A DNA stretch of 64,000 bases from IMG/VR virus record IMGVR_UViG_2061766007_000327, one strand, 5' to 3'. The DNA comes from an uncultured virus (IMG/VR IMGVR_UViG_2061766007_000327) (taxonomy: Duplodnaviria; Heunggongvirae; Uroviricota; Caudoviricetes). A program made the position numbers and the translations under genes. Positions 41,937 through 50,904 of this stretch are shown here, in pieces; the first letter of the stretch is position 1, and every line of letters begins with the position of its first letter. The notes below the pieces were generated by a model. It was not told the origin of the DNA. It made no database searches and saw only the letters and a program-made list of their open reading frames with translations.

Positions 41937-42097
41937 GGCCACATTATCATTTCAATTCGCTGTCCACCCTCATCATCTATAAATTCAAAAGTGACATCAT
42001 CCAATAGGGAGTTTCTATAATTCACAAGTGGTACATCTCCACTTGAAAGTTGCATAGCTAAGGCTTGTGCTTTTCTAATAAGGTCATTGAGTGTCAT
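41933..42097 (-). CDS. hypothetical protein
   Basis: Start MTLNDL. Confidence 0.5.
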   Translation of the reverse strand: MTLNDLIRKAQALAMQLSSGDVPLVNYRNSLLDDVTFEFIDDEGGQRIEMIMWP

Positions 42098-42110
42098 TTC
42101 TTTCCCTCCT

Positions 42111-42821
42111 TTAATCAGTAAATGATGGGTTATGCTCCTTGCCATCAGTAGCAGAAGTATTGCCATGCAAGGTTGCTGTTGATGTTCCAGAAGCCGTATT
42201 GGGTGTTGTGATTGTTCCTCCAGTTGTGAATCTTTGGGGGCAGTTAATGCAATCACCATGAGGATTAGTACAATGTGTACCATCACATCCCCATCCAGAA
42301 GGCGGTGTTGGCATAATAGGGAAATGATATGCTACTGACTCATTATACTGCTTCTCGGCATCCTTGTAGCCCTTGTTATAGCCCTTGGTATGTGCGTTCA
42401 ACTCCTTCTTTGCAATGTCATCCTTGAGCCATTTTGGGAGCTTATCTGGATTGCAGAAATAAGTCCTTTCAAGGTCAGCCATTGCCTCTATTGCTGGGTT
42501 GCTTTCGTCAGCATAGGATAGGAGCTCCCTTCTAGCAAGAGAAAGAAGAGTATTGGCGTGTCTTTTAGCATAGTCAAAAGCTACATTTTCTCCATGTTCT
42601 TTACAATATTCAACAATATCAGACACCTCTTGTTCAAACTCCGTCAGCCTTGAGAGTTTCTTCTTAATGAGTTTCTCAACAACATCATAAGTGCCTCCCT
42701 CAAATGCCTTCTCTATCTTCTCACACTCATAACTTGAGCAGCACATAGTCTCTTCTGGTCTTTCCCTGTCAATGAACTGCACAAGGGCAGTTGTAAGTGT
42801 CTTTGCTAATTCGTGGTTCAT
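42111..42821 (-). CDS. hypothetical protein with C-terminal Cys cluster
   Basis: CDGTHCTNPHGDCINCP. Confidence 0.65.
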   Translation of the reverse strand: MNHELAKTLTTALVQFIDRERPEETMCCSSYECEKIEKAFEGGTYDVVEKLIKKKLSRLTEFEQEVSDIVEYCKEHGENVAFDYAKRHANTLLSLARRELLSYADESNPAIEAMADLERTYFCNPDKLPKWLKDDIAKKELNAHTKGYNKGYKDAEKQYNESVAYHFPIMPTPPSGWGCDGTHCTNPHGDCINCPQRFTTGGTITTPNTASGTSTATLHGNTSATDGKEHNPSFTD

Positions 42822-42822
42822 A

Positions 42823-43065
42823 TTACATTGAGTTTAATTTGTTTACAACTTCTTGAAATGCTAAGTCTCTTACTATCGCATTTTCGTGCGGAATAGCTCT
42901 TGCTTCTTGAATCCATTCCAAGAGAGCATCCTTGCAGATGTATTCTTTCCATCCTTCTACATATTGGTCAATATCCTTACTATCAAACCAATCATCCCCA
43001 AGATGTGTATCAATCCCATCATCATTTGGATAAAATGGTATGTAAATTTTATCTGGTGCTTTCAT
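42823..43065 (-). CDS. hypothetical protein
   Basis: MKAPDKIY...EYICKDALLEW. Confidence 0.6.
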   Translation of the reverse strand: MKAPDKIYIPFYPNDDGIDTHLGDDWFDSKDIDQYVEGWKEYICKDALLEWIQEARAIPHENAIVRDLAFQEVVNKLNSM

Positions 43066-43412
43066 TACCTTTCCTCCTTTGCATTAAGGCCAAGTTCGTA
43101 GAAGTAGTTGGCAATATCTACAAAAGAGAACCAATTCAGCCATACAACTACTTCTGCCCCTTCACTATATTTAGCAATGTGTTTGTTAAATGAATCCCAC
43201 TCCATTTTAATATCAGCATCCAAATCAGCTTCCTTTTGCTCCTGCTGGAGAGAGTCAATGAGAACAATAGTTTCTTCAAGTGAGGCTATCCTTGCTCCAA
43301 GACTTAACTTATCTGTCTTGCTTAAACCTTCTCTTTCTTTTTCTGTGGAGAATAAAGATTTTTGTCTTTCTATCTCGGCAATCAGTTTTTCTGCGTCAAT
43401 ATATTTAGTCAT
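43065..43412 (-). CDS. hypothetical protein
   Basis: MTKYIDAEKLIAEIER...FYELGLNAK. Confidence 0.65.
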   Translation of the reverse strand: MTKYIDAEKLIAEIERQKSLFSTEKEREGLSKTDKLSLGARIASLEETIVLIDSLQQEQKEADLDADIKMEWDSFNKHIAKYSEGAEVVVWLNWFSFVDIANYFYELGLNAKEER

Positions 43413-43432
43413 ATCTAAATCAAATTAAAAAG

Positions 43433-43514
43433 AGGGTGCGTACTCGGCGAAGTAAATTAATGTCCTATATCATGAGAAATATTCGCATCACTGCGATGTG
43501 CCTTTCCGCACCCT
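43433..43514 (-). ncRNA. structured intergenic RNA candidate A
   Basis: Outer stem AGGGTGCG/CGCACCCT, GAA/AGTA loop-E-like juxtaposition, inner CGCA-GTGA-TGCG hairpin, 34-nt unpaired segment. Confidence 0.5.
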
Positions 43515-43519
43515 ATTGG

Positions 43520-44236
43520 TTAACAATCAGGGTCAAAATGTTGATAATACTCTGGCTCTTCTTTCACTCCCAATTTCTTAAGGTCAGCGTAAAGATTGGC
43601 AAGAAAGTCTGCCATATCATCACAATAATCTTTTCTCAATGCCGCAACAATAGAGAAGAGTCTATCTATCTGCTCCTCGCTGGGTTTCCAATGAGGTTTG
43701 AGGGATTTGAGCCAAGCAATATCAGATTTTACGGCCTCTATCTTATCATAGTCGGATTTGCATCCCTTTACATATTCCAACGCTTCTAAAACATTAGCAT
43801 AATGTAATCTATCTTCCTCGCTCCACTCTGGCTTCTGCTCTTTCTGCTTCATAGCATCATCCCACCCACGCCAATATGCAGGAGTATCACGGATGTCCGT
43901 ACCATCAGAATCGCTATGTTTTGGGCTTCTATCCTCGCATTTTGCATCTGCCGTGCAATCTGACGAAATAGAATCAGCGGATTTGGGATTTTCTTTCTGC
44001 TTTTCAAGCCAAGCAATATATCTACTTGCTGCTTCTTCGGTAAATGAAATACCACTATTGGAACGACCAATTTTAATGGCATCAATAAGTTGTTTCCTTA
44101 TCCTCTCATCCTCGCTCTCTGCGAGTTCGGGGAAGATTTGTTCTATCTCGTCTACAGATATGTGCATAAGGTTATAACTATCGTGGAGTTCCTTGGCTCG
44201 TTCAAGAGCCTCTTTGTACTTTTCTTCGTAGTTCAT
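43520..44236 (-). CDS. hypothetical protein (YKEALERAK / ESEDERIRK / WKPSEEQ type)
   Basis: Modular phage accessory ORF. Confidence 0.7.
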   Translation of the reverse strand: MNYEEKYKEALERAKELHDSYNLMHISVDEIEQIFPELAESEDERIRKQLIDAIKIGRSNSGISFTEEAASRYIAWLEKQKENPKSADSISSDCTADAKCEDRSPKHSDSDGTDIRDTPAYWRGWDDAMKQKEQKPEWSEEDRLHYANVLEALEYVKGCKSDYDKIEAVKSDIAWLKSLKPHWKPSEEQIDRLFSIVAALRKDYCDDMADFLANLYADLKKLGVKEEPEYYQHFDPDC

Positions 44237-44345
44237 TTCTTTTCCTCCTTTTGTTGTTTGCCACCCATCCTGCGATCCAGAAGCCGACGCTCCAGAGTCC
44301 GAGAGTGATAAATAATACTTCGTTGGTTGTCATACTTATTTCAAG

Positions 44346-44412
44346 AATAAGGGCGCATGGCTGTAAATAAAAGTTAATTCATAATGTCAAACGGTTGCCA
44401 CGCACCCCTATT
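44346..44412 (-). ncRNA. structured intergenic RNA candidate B
   Basis: 16-bp stem with 3 G-U pairs closing a 35-nt loop; shares TAACCAATAGGG(G)TGCG with candidate A. Confidence 0.5.
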
Positions 44413-44414
44413 GG

Positions 44415-44621
44415 TTATAACTGTGGGGAATCTTCGTCACCGTAGAATCTTGAGTGTCGGGCATAGTACCCTTGCAAGGCAATCGCTATGTCCTTATTTA
44501 GTCTTTCATCGGCATACAAAGGTTCAATCTCATCGTGTGCATCATTGTCAAGGATGATCGCTATCTTGCCCTTGTGTCTGCGGATGTTCTCAACTACATT
44601 CCTATCTAATCTGTCTAGCAT
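44415..44621 (-). CDS. hypothetical protein
   Basis: Packed ORF. Confidence 0.5.
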   Translation of the reverse strand: MLDRLDRNVVENIRRHKGKIAIILDNDAHDEIEPLYADERLNKDIAIALQGYYARHSRFYGDEDSPQL

Positions 44622-44875
44622 ATTTCCTTGTTTAAACGATAGACGAGTCCGTCCTTAACGATAACGCATTTATCATTTTCGGACAGTTGAACATTATCAG
44701 GTCTTGCGATCTGCTCTACTTTCGGTCCACCGAAGAGACCTACTCTATGGACTGCGAAAGATATGTCCTTATTCAAGGCTGTCACTCTCGCACAATGATG
44801 GACAGTGCCCTCAAAGAATCTCTGGGCATCTGCTCTGATAAGGCGTAAACGCCATAACGCTTTTATTCTTCTCAT
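44615..44875 (-). CDS. hypothetical protein
   Basis: Packed ORF with A-rich leader. Confidence 0.55.
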   Translation of the reverse strand: MRRIKALWRLRLIRADAQRFFEGTVHHCARVTALNKDISFAVHRVGLFGGPKVEQIARPDNVQLSENDKCVIVKDGLVYRLNKEIC

Positions 44876-44897
44876 ATTTTATTGTGTTAATTCCTTG

Positions 44898-44995
44898 TTC
44901 CCTCCCGGGGAGTCGAACCCCTATTGATTGGCAAGTTAAGGGTGTTTGATATAGCGTGAAAAAGACTTACAGCCACCCGTGTGGCACAGGAGGGA
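44898..44995 (-). ncRNA. tRNA-like RNA with an expanded 28-nt anticodon loop
   Basis: Acceptor TCCCTCC/GGAGGGA, D-like GCCAC-ACGG-GTGGC, stem GTAAGT/ACTTGC, T arm GGGG-TTCGACT-CCCC. Confidence 0.6.
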
Positions 44996-45013
44996 AGCGA
45001 CGCATCACTGCGG

Positions 45014-45388
45014 TTAATCGTCTATTATATCATCCATATCGTATTTATCCGAATCTACCTCCTCGGCATACGCCTCCAGCACCGCCTTCAGAGCAGCCTT
45101 CCAGGCATCGCTGATATTGGCGGCATCGATAGTCGCGATCACATCATCTGAAACAGTCCCGACATCTTGCATATCGCAATACGGAGCAAGACCGACACTA
45201 GTATCTTCACCGGCCTCGAACGAAGCCTGCACCTTGAATTCCTTGGGGACACAATCCGACACCTCGGCCAGCCTATCGAGGACATCCTCCATATAGACTA
45301 ATGCTTCTGCGGTGAAATCACGCGCCCACCAATAACCACCAACCATTCCGTTGCCATCGTAACTTACTCTTCCACTTCTGTAACTCAT
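45014..45388 (-). CDS. acidic hypothetical protein
   Basis: Start MSYRSG; D/E-rich. Confidence 0.6.
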   Translation of the reverse strand: MSYRSGRVSYDGNGMVGGYWWARDFTAEALVYMEDVLDRLAEVSDCVPKEFKVQASFEAGEDTSVGLAPYCDMQDVGTVSDDVIATIDAANISDAWKAALKAVLEAYAEEVDSDKYDMDDIIDD

Positions 45389-45389
45389 A

Positions 45390-46160
45390 TTAATTTTGCC
45401 TCCTGATTTCTTGAATCCACTTCGACAGCGTGCAAGCATTCATCTTGCAACCCTCACGGGTTGAAAATCCCGTCAGTCCCATCTCGTGGAATTCGTTAAA
45501 CTCTCGTAATATATCTTTTTGTAACCGGCCTTTCTGGACCTGCTTCTTGATCCAGCGGTAGCCGTCATTAGATTCACGCCAGGCACGGGCATCGTCAGCC
45601 TTTATCCTCGCCTGGACTGCTGTAGCGGCAGAGACATCGACGCCCTTATCATTACCGAGATGCTTGCGCCAATGCCCGGACTTGGACATAAAGCCGCCGT
45701 CCTTGGCAATCGCTTTCTTTCGCTCTTCAAGAGCCAGTTTCGTATTAATTCTGCCCATAATAGCCTGGCGTTCTGCAACCGCAAAGAGGACCGTAAGAAC
45801 GAACCTATCGGATGCAGGCACATCGCATATAACAATATTCCTTTCCCCGACAGCATCGAGGATTTCAAGAGCCTCTTGTACATTTCTCAAGCGATCAAAC
45901 TTAGAGATGCACAGAACATAGTTATTTTGCTTACACAATTCAATCGCCTCCCAAAGACCCTTACACTGTTTGAGCTTCGTCCCCGAAAACACATCCGTGA
46001 ACATCGCCACGGGGTCACGCCCCATAAACATCTTCGCAATCGCCTCCTGGGCAGACAATCCCAATCCGCTCCGACCCTGGCGGCCGGTAGATACACGCCT
46101 CCAAAGGACATATGGTCTTTGGTCGTGGAACGGAACTATTTCAACATTCTTCTTCGCCAT
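45390..46160 (-). CDS. serine recombinase (resolvase/invertase family)
   Basis: RVSTGRQ..SGLGL.AQ catalytic motif, SKFDRLR, AERQ...RINTKLAL. Confidence 0.85.
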   Translation of the reverse strand: MAKKNVEIVPFHDQRPYVLWRRVSTGRQGRSGLGLSAQEAIAKMFMGRDPVAMFTDVFSGTKLKQCKGLWEAIELCKQNNYVLCISKFDRLRNVQEALEILDAVGERNIVICDVPASDRFVLTVLFAVAERQAIMGRINTKLALEERKKAIAKDGGFMSKSGHWRKHLGNDKGVDVSAATAVQARIKADDARAWRESNDGYRWIKKQVQKGRLQKDILREFNEFHEMGLTGFSTREGCKMNACTLSKWIQEIRRQN

Positions 46161-46680
46161 AGTCTGATAAATATTGCCATTTGTATCCGTGGTGGGTCTT
46201 AAGTTTCCCCTTACAAACCTTGGAGATTTGATTCTTATTAAAGCCCCCCTCTCGCTTCGCCTCAGCTATGGACGACCAAATTTGTATCAACTGATTATCT
46301 TTGGTCAACTGTACCACCCGGAAAGATTTTGCAGCACCGTATCGCTTGCGTGAGATAGGATTCTTTTGGTTCTCACTTTGGTTACACCAGCGGAGATTAT
46401 CCGCTCGATTATTTCTACGATTAGTGTCGATGTGGTCGACAAATGGCTTATTATCGGGATTAGGGATGAAAGCTATCGCAACCAACCGCGCGACCCTACA
46501 ACTTTGAACAGTAGTCCCTTTACATAGGTGAATATAATCATAATCTTTCAAACTAACCCAGGGCGTCATAATCCTTGTCGCCTTTGTATGGTTGTAGTTA
46601 AGACTCCGAACTCTCCCGAGATTACTCACCTCGTATAAGCCTTCATAGCCCACAACTGGTTTCCAAATTTCTTTTTCCAT
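46141..46680 (-). CDS. NUMOD4-HNH homing endonuclease
   Basis: EIWKPVVGYEGLYEVSNLGRVRS, VDHIDTNRRNNRADNLRW, NUMOD1 tail; start MEKEIW. Confidence 0.9.
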   Translation of the reverse strand: MEKEIWKPVVGYEGLYEVSNLGRVRSLNYNHTKATRIMTPWVSLKDYDYIHLCKGTTVQSCRVARLVAIAFIPNPDNKPFVDHIDTNRRNNRADNLRWCNQSENQKNPISRKRYGAAKSFRVVQLTKDNQLIQIWSSIAEAKREGGFNKNQISKVCKGKLKTHHGYKWQYLSDYGEEEC

Positions 46681-46811
46681 TGAACTGATGTTATCAATTA
46701 TACTGATGAAAAAGAAAGCAGGAAGGGCCATCAGTTTACCTTTGTCGCGAGGGGATCAAGTCTCGCTATCCTGCTTCTGTAAATATAGTCAGAAACATTT
46801 GAATATGCAAA
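46681..46811 (-). promoter_or_regulatory. promoter plus structured 5' leader of HNH gene 2
   Basis: TTTG-N20-TATATTTA, stem AAGCAGGA/TCCTGCTT, two inner hairpins, two CATCAGT boxes. Confidence 0.7.
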
Positions 46812-46935
46812 TTTTCTCAGCGTCTCGCCAACATGTCGTCGGCATATGCTATCAACATTATAAGGAAAAACATAGTCTATCGCTTTTCGTTAAACGCCTC
46901 GGGGATGAATGAAAGCGCACATAGGATGTAGATTA

Positions 46936-47217
46936 TTACAAACATGATACGAACGCTTTAAGATTATAGAATGTCCTGAACCAGTCCGCTTCAGACTGGC
47001 TCTCGTAGAAGTCGGCGCGATGATAATCCGGCTCGATATCGTCCCCTCTGAGGAAGACCGTCACATCGATACTGAATTCATCCGGCTCGTCACCGAGTGA
47101 CGGGTCTGCCTTGTCATAGCAAGACCGAATGATGAATGAATGAACGCCCTTGAGTGTCGCTTCCGTCTGCAACTGTTGCAGATCTTGAAGCATTTTTACA
47201 AACCTTTCCTTTTCCAT
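46936..47217 (-). CDS. hypothetical protein
   Basis: Start MEKERF. Confidence 0.55.
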   Translation of the reverse strand: MEKERFVKMLQDLQQLQTEATLKGVHSFIIRSCYDKADPSLGDEPDEFSIDVTVFLRGDDIEPDYHRADFYESQSEADWFRTFYNLKAFVSCL

Positions 47218-47252
47218 AATATCAGATTTACTTACAAGAAATATGCCATAAC

Positions 47253-47678
47253 TTAAAATGATAGGTCGTAATAATCTGACCTGTAACCAAGGGAAAGAAG
47301 CGTACTCCAATCCCTGCTCGTAGAACCTTCCTCTACCCAGTGGCCATTGCGCCGGAAGGTGAAGATTTTTGTGCAACTGTAAAGACTGTCGCACTTGACT
47401 TGGATCCTTTTGGGAGAAAGAATCTTTTCGACGTGTGCGCCACTGCGGTCGGAATACCAATGTACCGTACAAGGCATGCCGACTTCGGGAATAACCTGCT
47501 TACGCATCTTGTCGCGTGTTTCCGACAGTTCATGGTACTCATCCCACAGGGCATTATACTCCTCGCGATAGTCATCCCATTTGCGCCCTGTCGCACGAAC
47601 CGCCTCCCTCTTCTGTTCATTTTGGGCCATACGGTCCTGGACCGCCTTGAGCTCCGACCACTTATAAATCAAATCCAT
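47253..47678 (-). CDS. hypothetical protein
   Basis: Start MDLIYK; PEVGMPCT..W.SDR and FRRNGHW...YYDLSF motifs. Confidence 0.65.
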   Translation of the reverse strand: MDLIYKWSELKAVQDRMAQNEQKREAVRATGRKWDDYREEYNALWDEYHELSETRDKMRKQVIPEVGMPCTVHWYSDRSGAHVEKILSPKRIQVKCDSLYSCTKIFTFRRNGHWVEEGSTSRDWSTLLSLGYRSDYYDLSF

Positions 47679-47679
47679 A

Positions 47680-47880
47680 TTACTCCCTCCCAGTTTCTTC
47701 AAGCCAAATGTCAACGTCAGTCTCTTCGTCCTGCTCGTAGCGCTTCCCGCACCATTCAATGTATTCGATAATGTCTTCTGCGGTATAATTCTGCAAGAGC
47801 ATGCAAGCAACGGCGTCTGCTTCGTGAAGGCTAAGGAAATACGCCATCACTTTGTACAACTTTTCATAACCGAGTTCCAT
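47680..47880 (-). CDS. small acidic protein
   Basis: Packed ORF. Confidence 0.55.
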   Translation of the reverse strand: MELGYEKLYKVMAYFLSLHEADAVACMLLQNYTAEDIIEYIEWCGKRYEQDEETDVDIWLEETGRE

Positions 47881-47886
47881 AATATT

Positions 47887-48144
47887 CTATTTTAAGTTTT
47901 GAATGTATTCTTTTGCTTTTCTCTCCGTAAACAACTCTATCTCGAGCAAATAGTCCGTTTCCTCCCGCCAATCTTCATCGTGAGACTGCCACCACTGCTC
48001 AAACTCCTCTGCCCAATCGCGGAAGGTCTGAAACAAATCGCGGGAATCCTGGTCATACTGATTATCCTCGCCATAGATTATCGGCCACGCATCAAGCGTG
48101 ATGTACTGCGCATTCTCGCAGAGTAATGATGTCTGTGTGTCCAT
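47887..48144 (-). CDS. small acidic protein
   Basis: Packed ORF. Confidence 0.55.
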   Translation of the reverse strand: MDTQTSLLCENAQYITLDAWPIIYGEDNQYDQDSRDLFQTFRDWAEEFEQWWQSHDEDWREETDYLLEIELFTERKAKEYIQNLK

Positions 48145-48316
48145 GTTAGTTCTTAATATTACTGGTAATCTTGTTTATTCATTTCCCGCCAGATCGATAA
48201 GACCTGCTTGTAAAACTTTGTTTTGGTTCCATTACAGAACGCCTCTTCAAGAAGCGCATCCCTCAGAAGGCCCTTGATGCGGAACAACTCCGCGCGAAGC
48301 ATAGCCTTTGTCATAA

Positions 48317-48577
48317 CTACCTCCCTCTATAATTAACTGTCTCTGCAGGGAATAGTATTCCAATCCCGTCCCACCCTTCGGTATTTAACGGTCTTGCAAT
48401 GCATCCAATGCTCTCCGAGCCGGTTACCTTGTAAAGTACTCCATCGGATTCGAAGATATCTCCCTCTGTAAGGTCCATAGAGTTTGCCTTTCCACCAGGC
48501 TTCGGCGCATCGAGCGTGTGATACGTTGTCTTCCCCGTGCGCATATCTGTCATCGAAATTGTGCGAGTGCGTGCCAT
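48317..48577 (-). CDS. hypothetical protein
   Basis: Packed ORF. Confidence 0.55.
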   Translation of the reverse strand: MARTRTISMTDMRTGKTTYHTLDAPKPGGKANSMDLTEGDIFESDGVLYKVTGSESIGCIARPLNTEGWDGIGILFPAETVNYRGR

Positions 48578-48578
48578 A

Positions 48579-48962
48579 TTATTTCCAAGTTACTATACCA
48601 TTGACTACTGTCCCCTTATCTACCCCCCAGTCGGGATAAATCTTTATCATAGAACCATTCTCCAAGTATGGAGCAATTCTCTCAAAGGCATCCATCATTA
48701 CGCCTTCCCATCCATAGGAAGCATCGAAATCGGAGTCCATCGAGCCGTCTCCCCTTGTCTTAAGATTCCCGCTCCATCCTCCGAAAAAGATTTTAAGCAA
48801 GTCCTCGATTGTATCAGAACCAATACCCAGCTCTTGGTAGTGGCCAAGATTGTAGTTTGTATGTTCTTCTGCAGCCCAGGATATCTTATCATTAAGAGCA
48901 TCCGCTGCTTTTTGCTTATCAGTGAAGTTGACCTTCAAAATTACACTGTAACACTGTCCCAT
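48579..48962 (-). CDS. hypothetical protein
   Basis: Start MGQCYS; FDASYGWE motif. Confidence 0.6.
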   Translation of the reverse strand: MGQCYSVILKVNFTDKQKAADALNDKISWAAEEHTNYNLGHYQELGIGSDTIEDLLKIFFGGWSGNLKTRGDGSMDSDFDASYGWEGVMMDAFERIAPYLENGSMIKIYPDWGVDKGTVVNGIVTWK

Positions 48963-48964
48963 AG

Positions 48965-49210
48965 CTAGAAAATTTTGATCCAGTAATCTTTTGAGTCGAT
49001 GAAATGTGTGAGGCACTGATTGAATGTGTCCTCAAACTCTTGTTCGTCGTAGACACCAATAAAATCGTCCTCGTAACCCGTGTTTCGAAGGAGATAATCC
49101 TGTTGGAACTTAGTCTCCCTTTCTATTTCTTTTTCAGACGCATCGCTGAGTCCATTGTATCCCTCCCAACTTTCTGGAAGCAGATTCCATCTTCCTACGT
49201 AGATTTTCAT
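48965..49210 (-). CDS. hypothetical protein
   Basis: Start MKIYVG. Confidence 0.55.
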   Translation of the reverse strand: MKIYVGRWNLLPESWEGYNGLSDASEKEIERETKFQQDYLLRNTGYEDDFIGVYDEQEFEDTFNQCLTHFIDSKDYWIKIF

Positions 49211-49593
49211 TTCTGTTTCTTTTGTGATTTGACTATCGTAACCTTTTTGCCGGCATCGGCAAGAATTTTGACCGCCTTCCAAATGTCTGCATCCATCTGG
49301 TCTGCGAAGAAGTGGAAGTCATCGGCGCCGTGGTAGCAGTCATCCTTCATCGCACGTTTGAGGTGACCCGTGTCGCACCAGAATCCGATGAGCTGTACTC
49401 TTTTATCCCCTTTCTTTATTTTTGTGCCGAACTCTTCATAGTCCTCCTTGACCTTGTAGAAGTACATGTCCGCCCACAGGTCAACATTGGCGTGACACAT
49501 CCAGTTCTTAAATTTCCTTTCTGGCTCATCCGGCCATTTCTCGGTCTTCGTGTAGTAACCGATACGATTTTTGTAACTTACTCTGAGTGCCAT
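49207..49593 (-). CDS. hypothetical protein
   Basis: Start MALRVS. Confidence 0.6.
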   Translation of the reverse strand: MALRVSYKNRIGYYTKTEKWPDEPERKFKNWMCHANVDLWADMYFYKVKEDYEEFGTKIKKGDKRVQLIGFWCDTGHLKRAMKDDCYHGADDFHFFADQMDADIWKAVKILADAGKKVTIVKSQKKQK

Positions 49594-49942
49594 AATGTTT
49601 TTTTTATTCCGTAGCTTCAAGGTTATCCATAATGTCATCCGGTCCGTAAGCGCCACCTCTGAACGCACCGGCTTCGTCCAGATCGGTTAAGAACTCATAG
49701 AGCCTGTTCTTAAATATCTGATAAGGCAGATCAGGCTCCGCATAGTCTTCGTAGATGTCTTTAAGAGTTTTCATATCTCTTCTGTTTTAAGCATTTGGAT
49801 ATTAATCATTGTGTCTGTAGTTGTCTCGGTCATATCATCATACGCCCCGAGCATCTCCCTGACGGCATCCCATGCGTCTCGCTCTTTCTTGATGTCCTCG
49901 CCCTCAATATAGAGCTCTGCAACAATTCTGAACTTTGCCATA

Positions 49943-50131
49943 TCAATAGTCCCACGCCTCCTTAGCGCCACTTGTGAGTTGAAAATAGATGTTTACATAG
50001 CGGTCGCGTTCCGCGCCTTCCGAATGCATAATGCAATCGAGATATTTTTGAATCGCAAGACCGCGCTCCATCACTTCCTGCTGATTGTAACAGGTCACGA
50101 CCACAAGGTCAACCTTTCTTCTGCGTGCCAT
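49943..50131 (-). CDS. hypothetical protein
   Basis: SEGAERDRY..IY motif. Confidence 0.55.
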   Translation of the reverse strand: MARRRKVDLVVVTCYNQQEVMERGLAIQKYLDCIMHSEGAERDRYVNIYFQLTSGAKEAWDY

Positions 50132-50133
50132 TG

Positions 50134-50439
50134 CTATCCCTCCACGATTCCGATGAACTGTGTCAGCACAAAGCTACGCCACATCTTTTTGTCGAGGTCC
50201 CAGTAGCCCAGCGTGGTCGGGCACTCCGGCTTCCCACTGGTCTTGAACTCGTACTGCGAGCCGTCCTCCTGGACCATCAGCTCGAACTTGCGAGTACCAT
50301 TCGCGTCACGGATCGTACCGTCTTTCTTTTTGAAGCAGAACCTTACCGCTTCATCTACCATCTTTTCCTGCAGATACATAATCTCATCTGCCTTGAAGCC
50401 CTTGATGCCGAGCTCCACCAACTGTTCCTTTGTCTTCAT
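50134..50439 (-). CDS. DUF2693 / WYL-like SH3 beta-barrel protein
   Basis: VRFCFKKKDGTIRDANGT...YWDLDKKMWRSF. Confidence 0.75.
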   Translation of the reverse strand: MKTKEQLVELGIKGFKADEIMYLQEKMVDEAVRFCFKKKDGTIRDANGTRKFELMVQEDGSQYEFKTSGKPECPTTLGYWDLDKKMWRSFVLTQFIGIVEG

Positions 50440-50440
50440 A

Positions 50441-50677
50441 TTACTTTACTTCTTTAATTGTGAAACTTGCGACCGCCATCGGGTCCCTTTTAACTTGTGT
50501 GAACATCTTATCGTGCCAGTAGAGTGCCTCATCCAGCATTGATATTGCTCCGGTTATGCCTTTCTTGATTCTCACTTCAGTGCTACTTGGCGCCGGACTT
50601 GCAAACGGCCAGTAACCACTCTGCGTTATCTCCTCAAGAGTGCTTAAGCACTCAGCTAATTTGTCGTGAATATCCAT
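50441..50677 (-). CDS. hypothetical protein
   Basis: Packed ORF. Confidence 0.5.
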   Translation of the reverse strand: MDIHDKLAECLSTLEEITQSGYWPFASPAPSSTEVRIKKGITGAISMLDEALYWHDKMFTQVKRDPMAVASFTIKEVK

Positions 50678-50679
50678 GA

Positions 50680-50904
50680 TTATCCCTCCAAAAATTTGAT
50701 TTGTTCCTCAAGTTCTGCGATTCTCTCCAAGATTTTCTCCGGAGTGTCGAACACTTTCCAGCCCCTCACTTCCGAGCCCCATCTCTTCGCTTGCTGGACC
50801 GCTGCTACGGTGACTCCCAGTAGCTTAGCTGCTGCATACTCCGATGCTACGGTCTTCCTTTGCCCTTCCTTAATAAGGATAGTTTCTCTTTGTGCTCTTG
50901 CCAT
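50680..50904 (-). CDS. small HTH-like protein
   Basis: SEYAAAKLLGVTVAAVQQA. Confidence 0.55.
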   Translation of the reverse strand: MARAQRETILIKEGQRKTVASEYAAAKLLGVTVAAVQQAKRWGSEVRGWKVFDTPEKILERIAELEEQIKFLEG

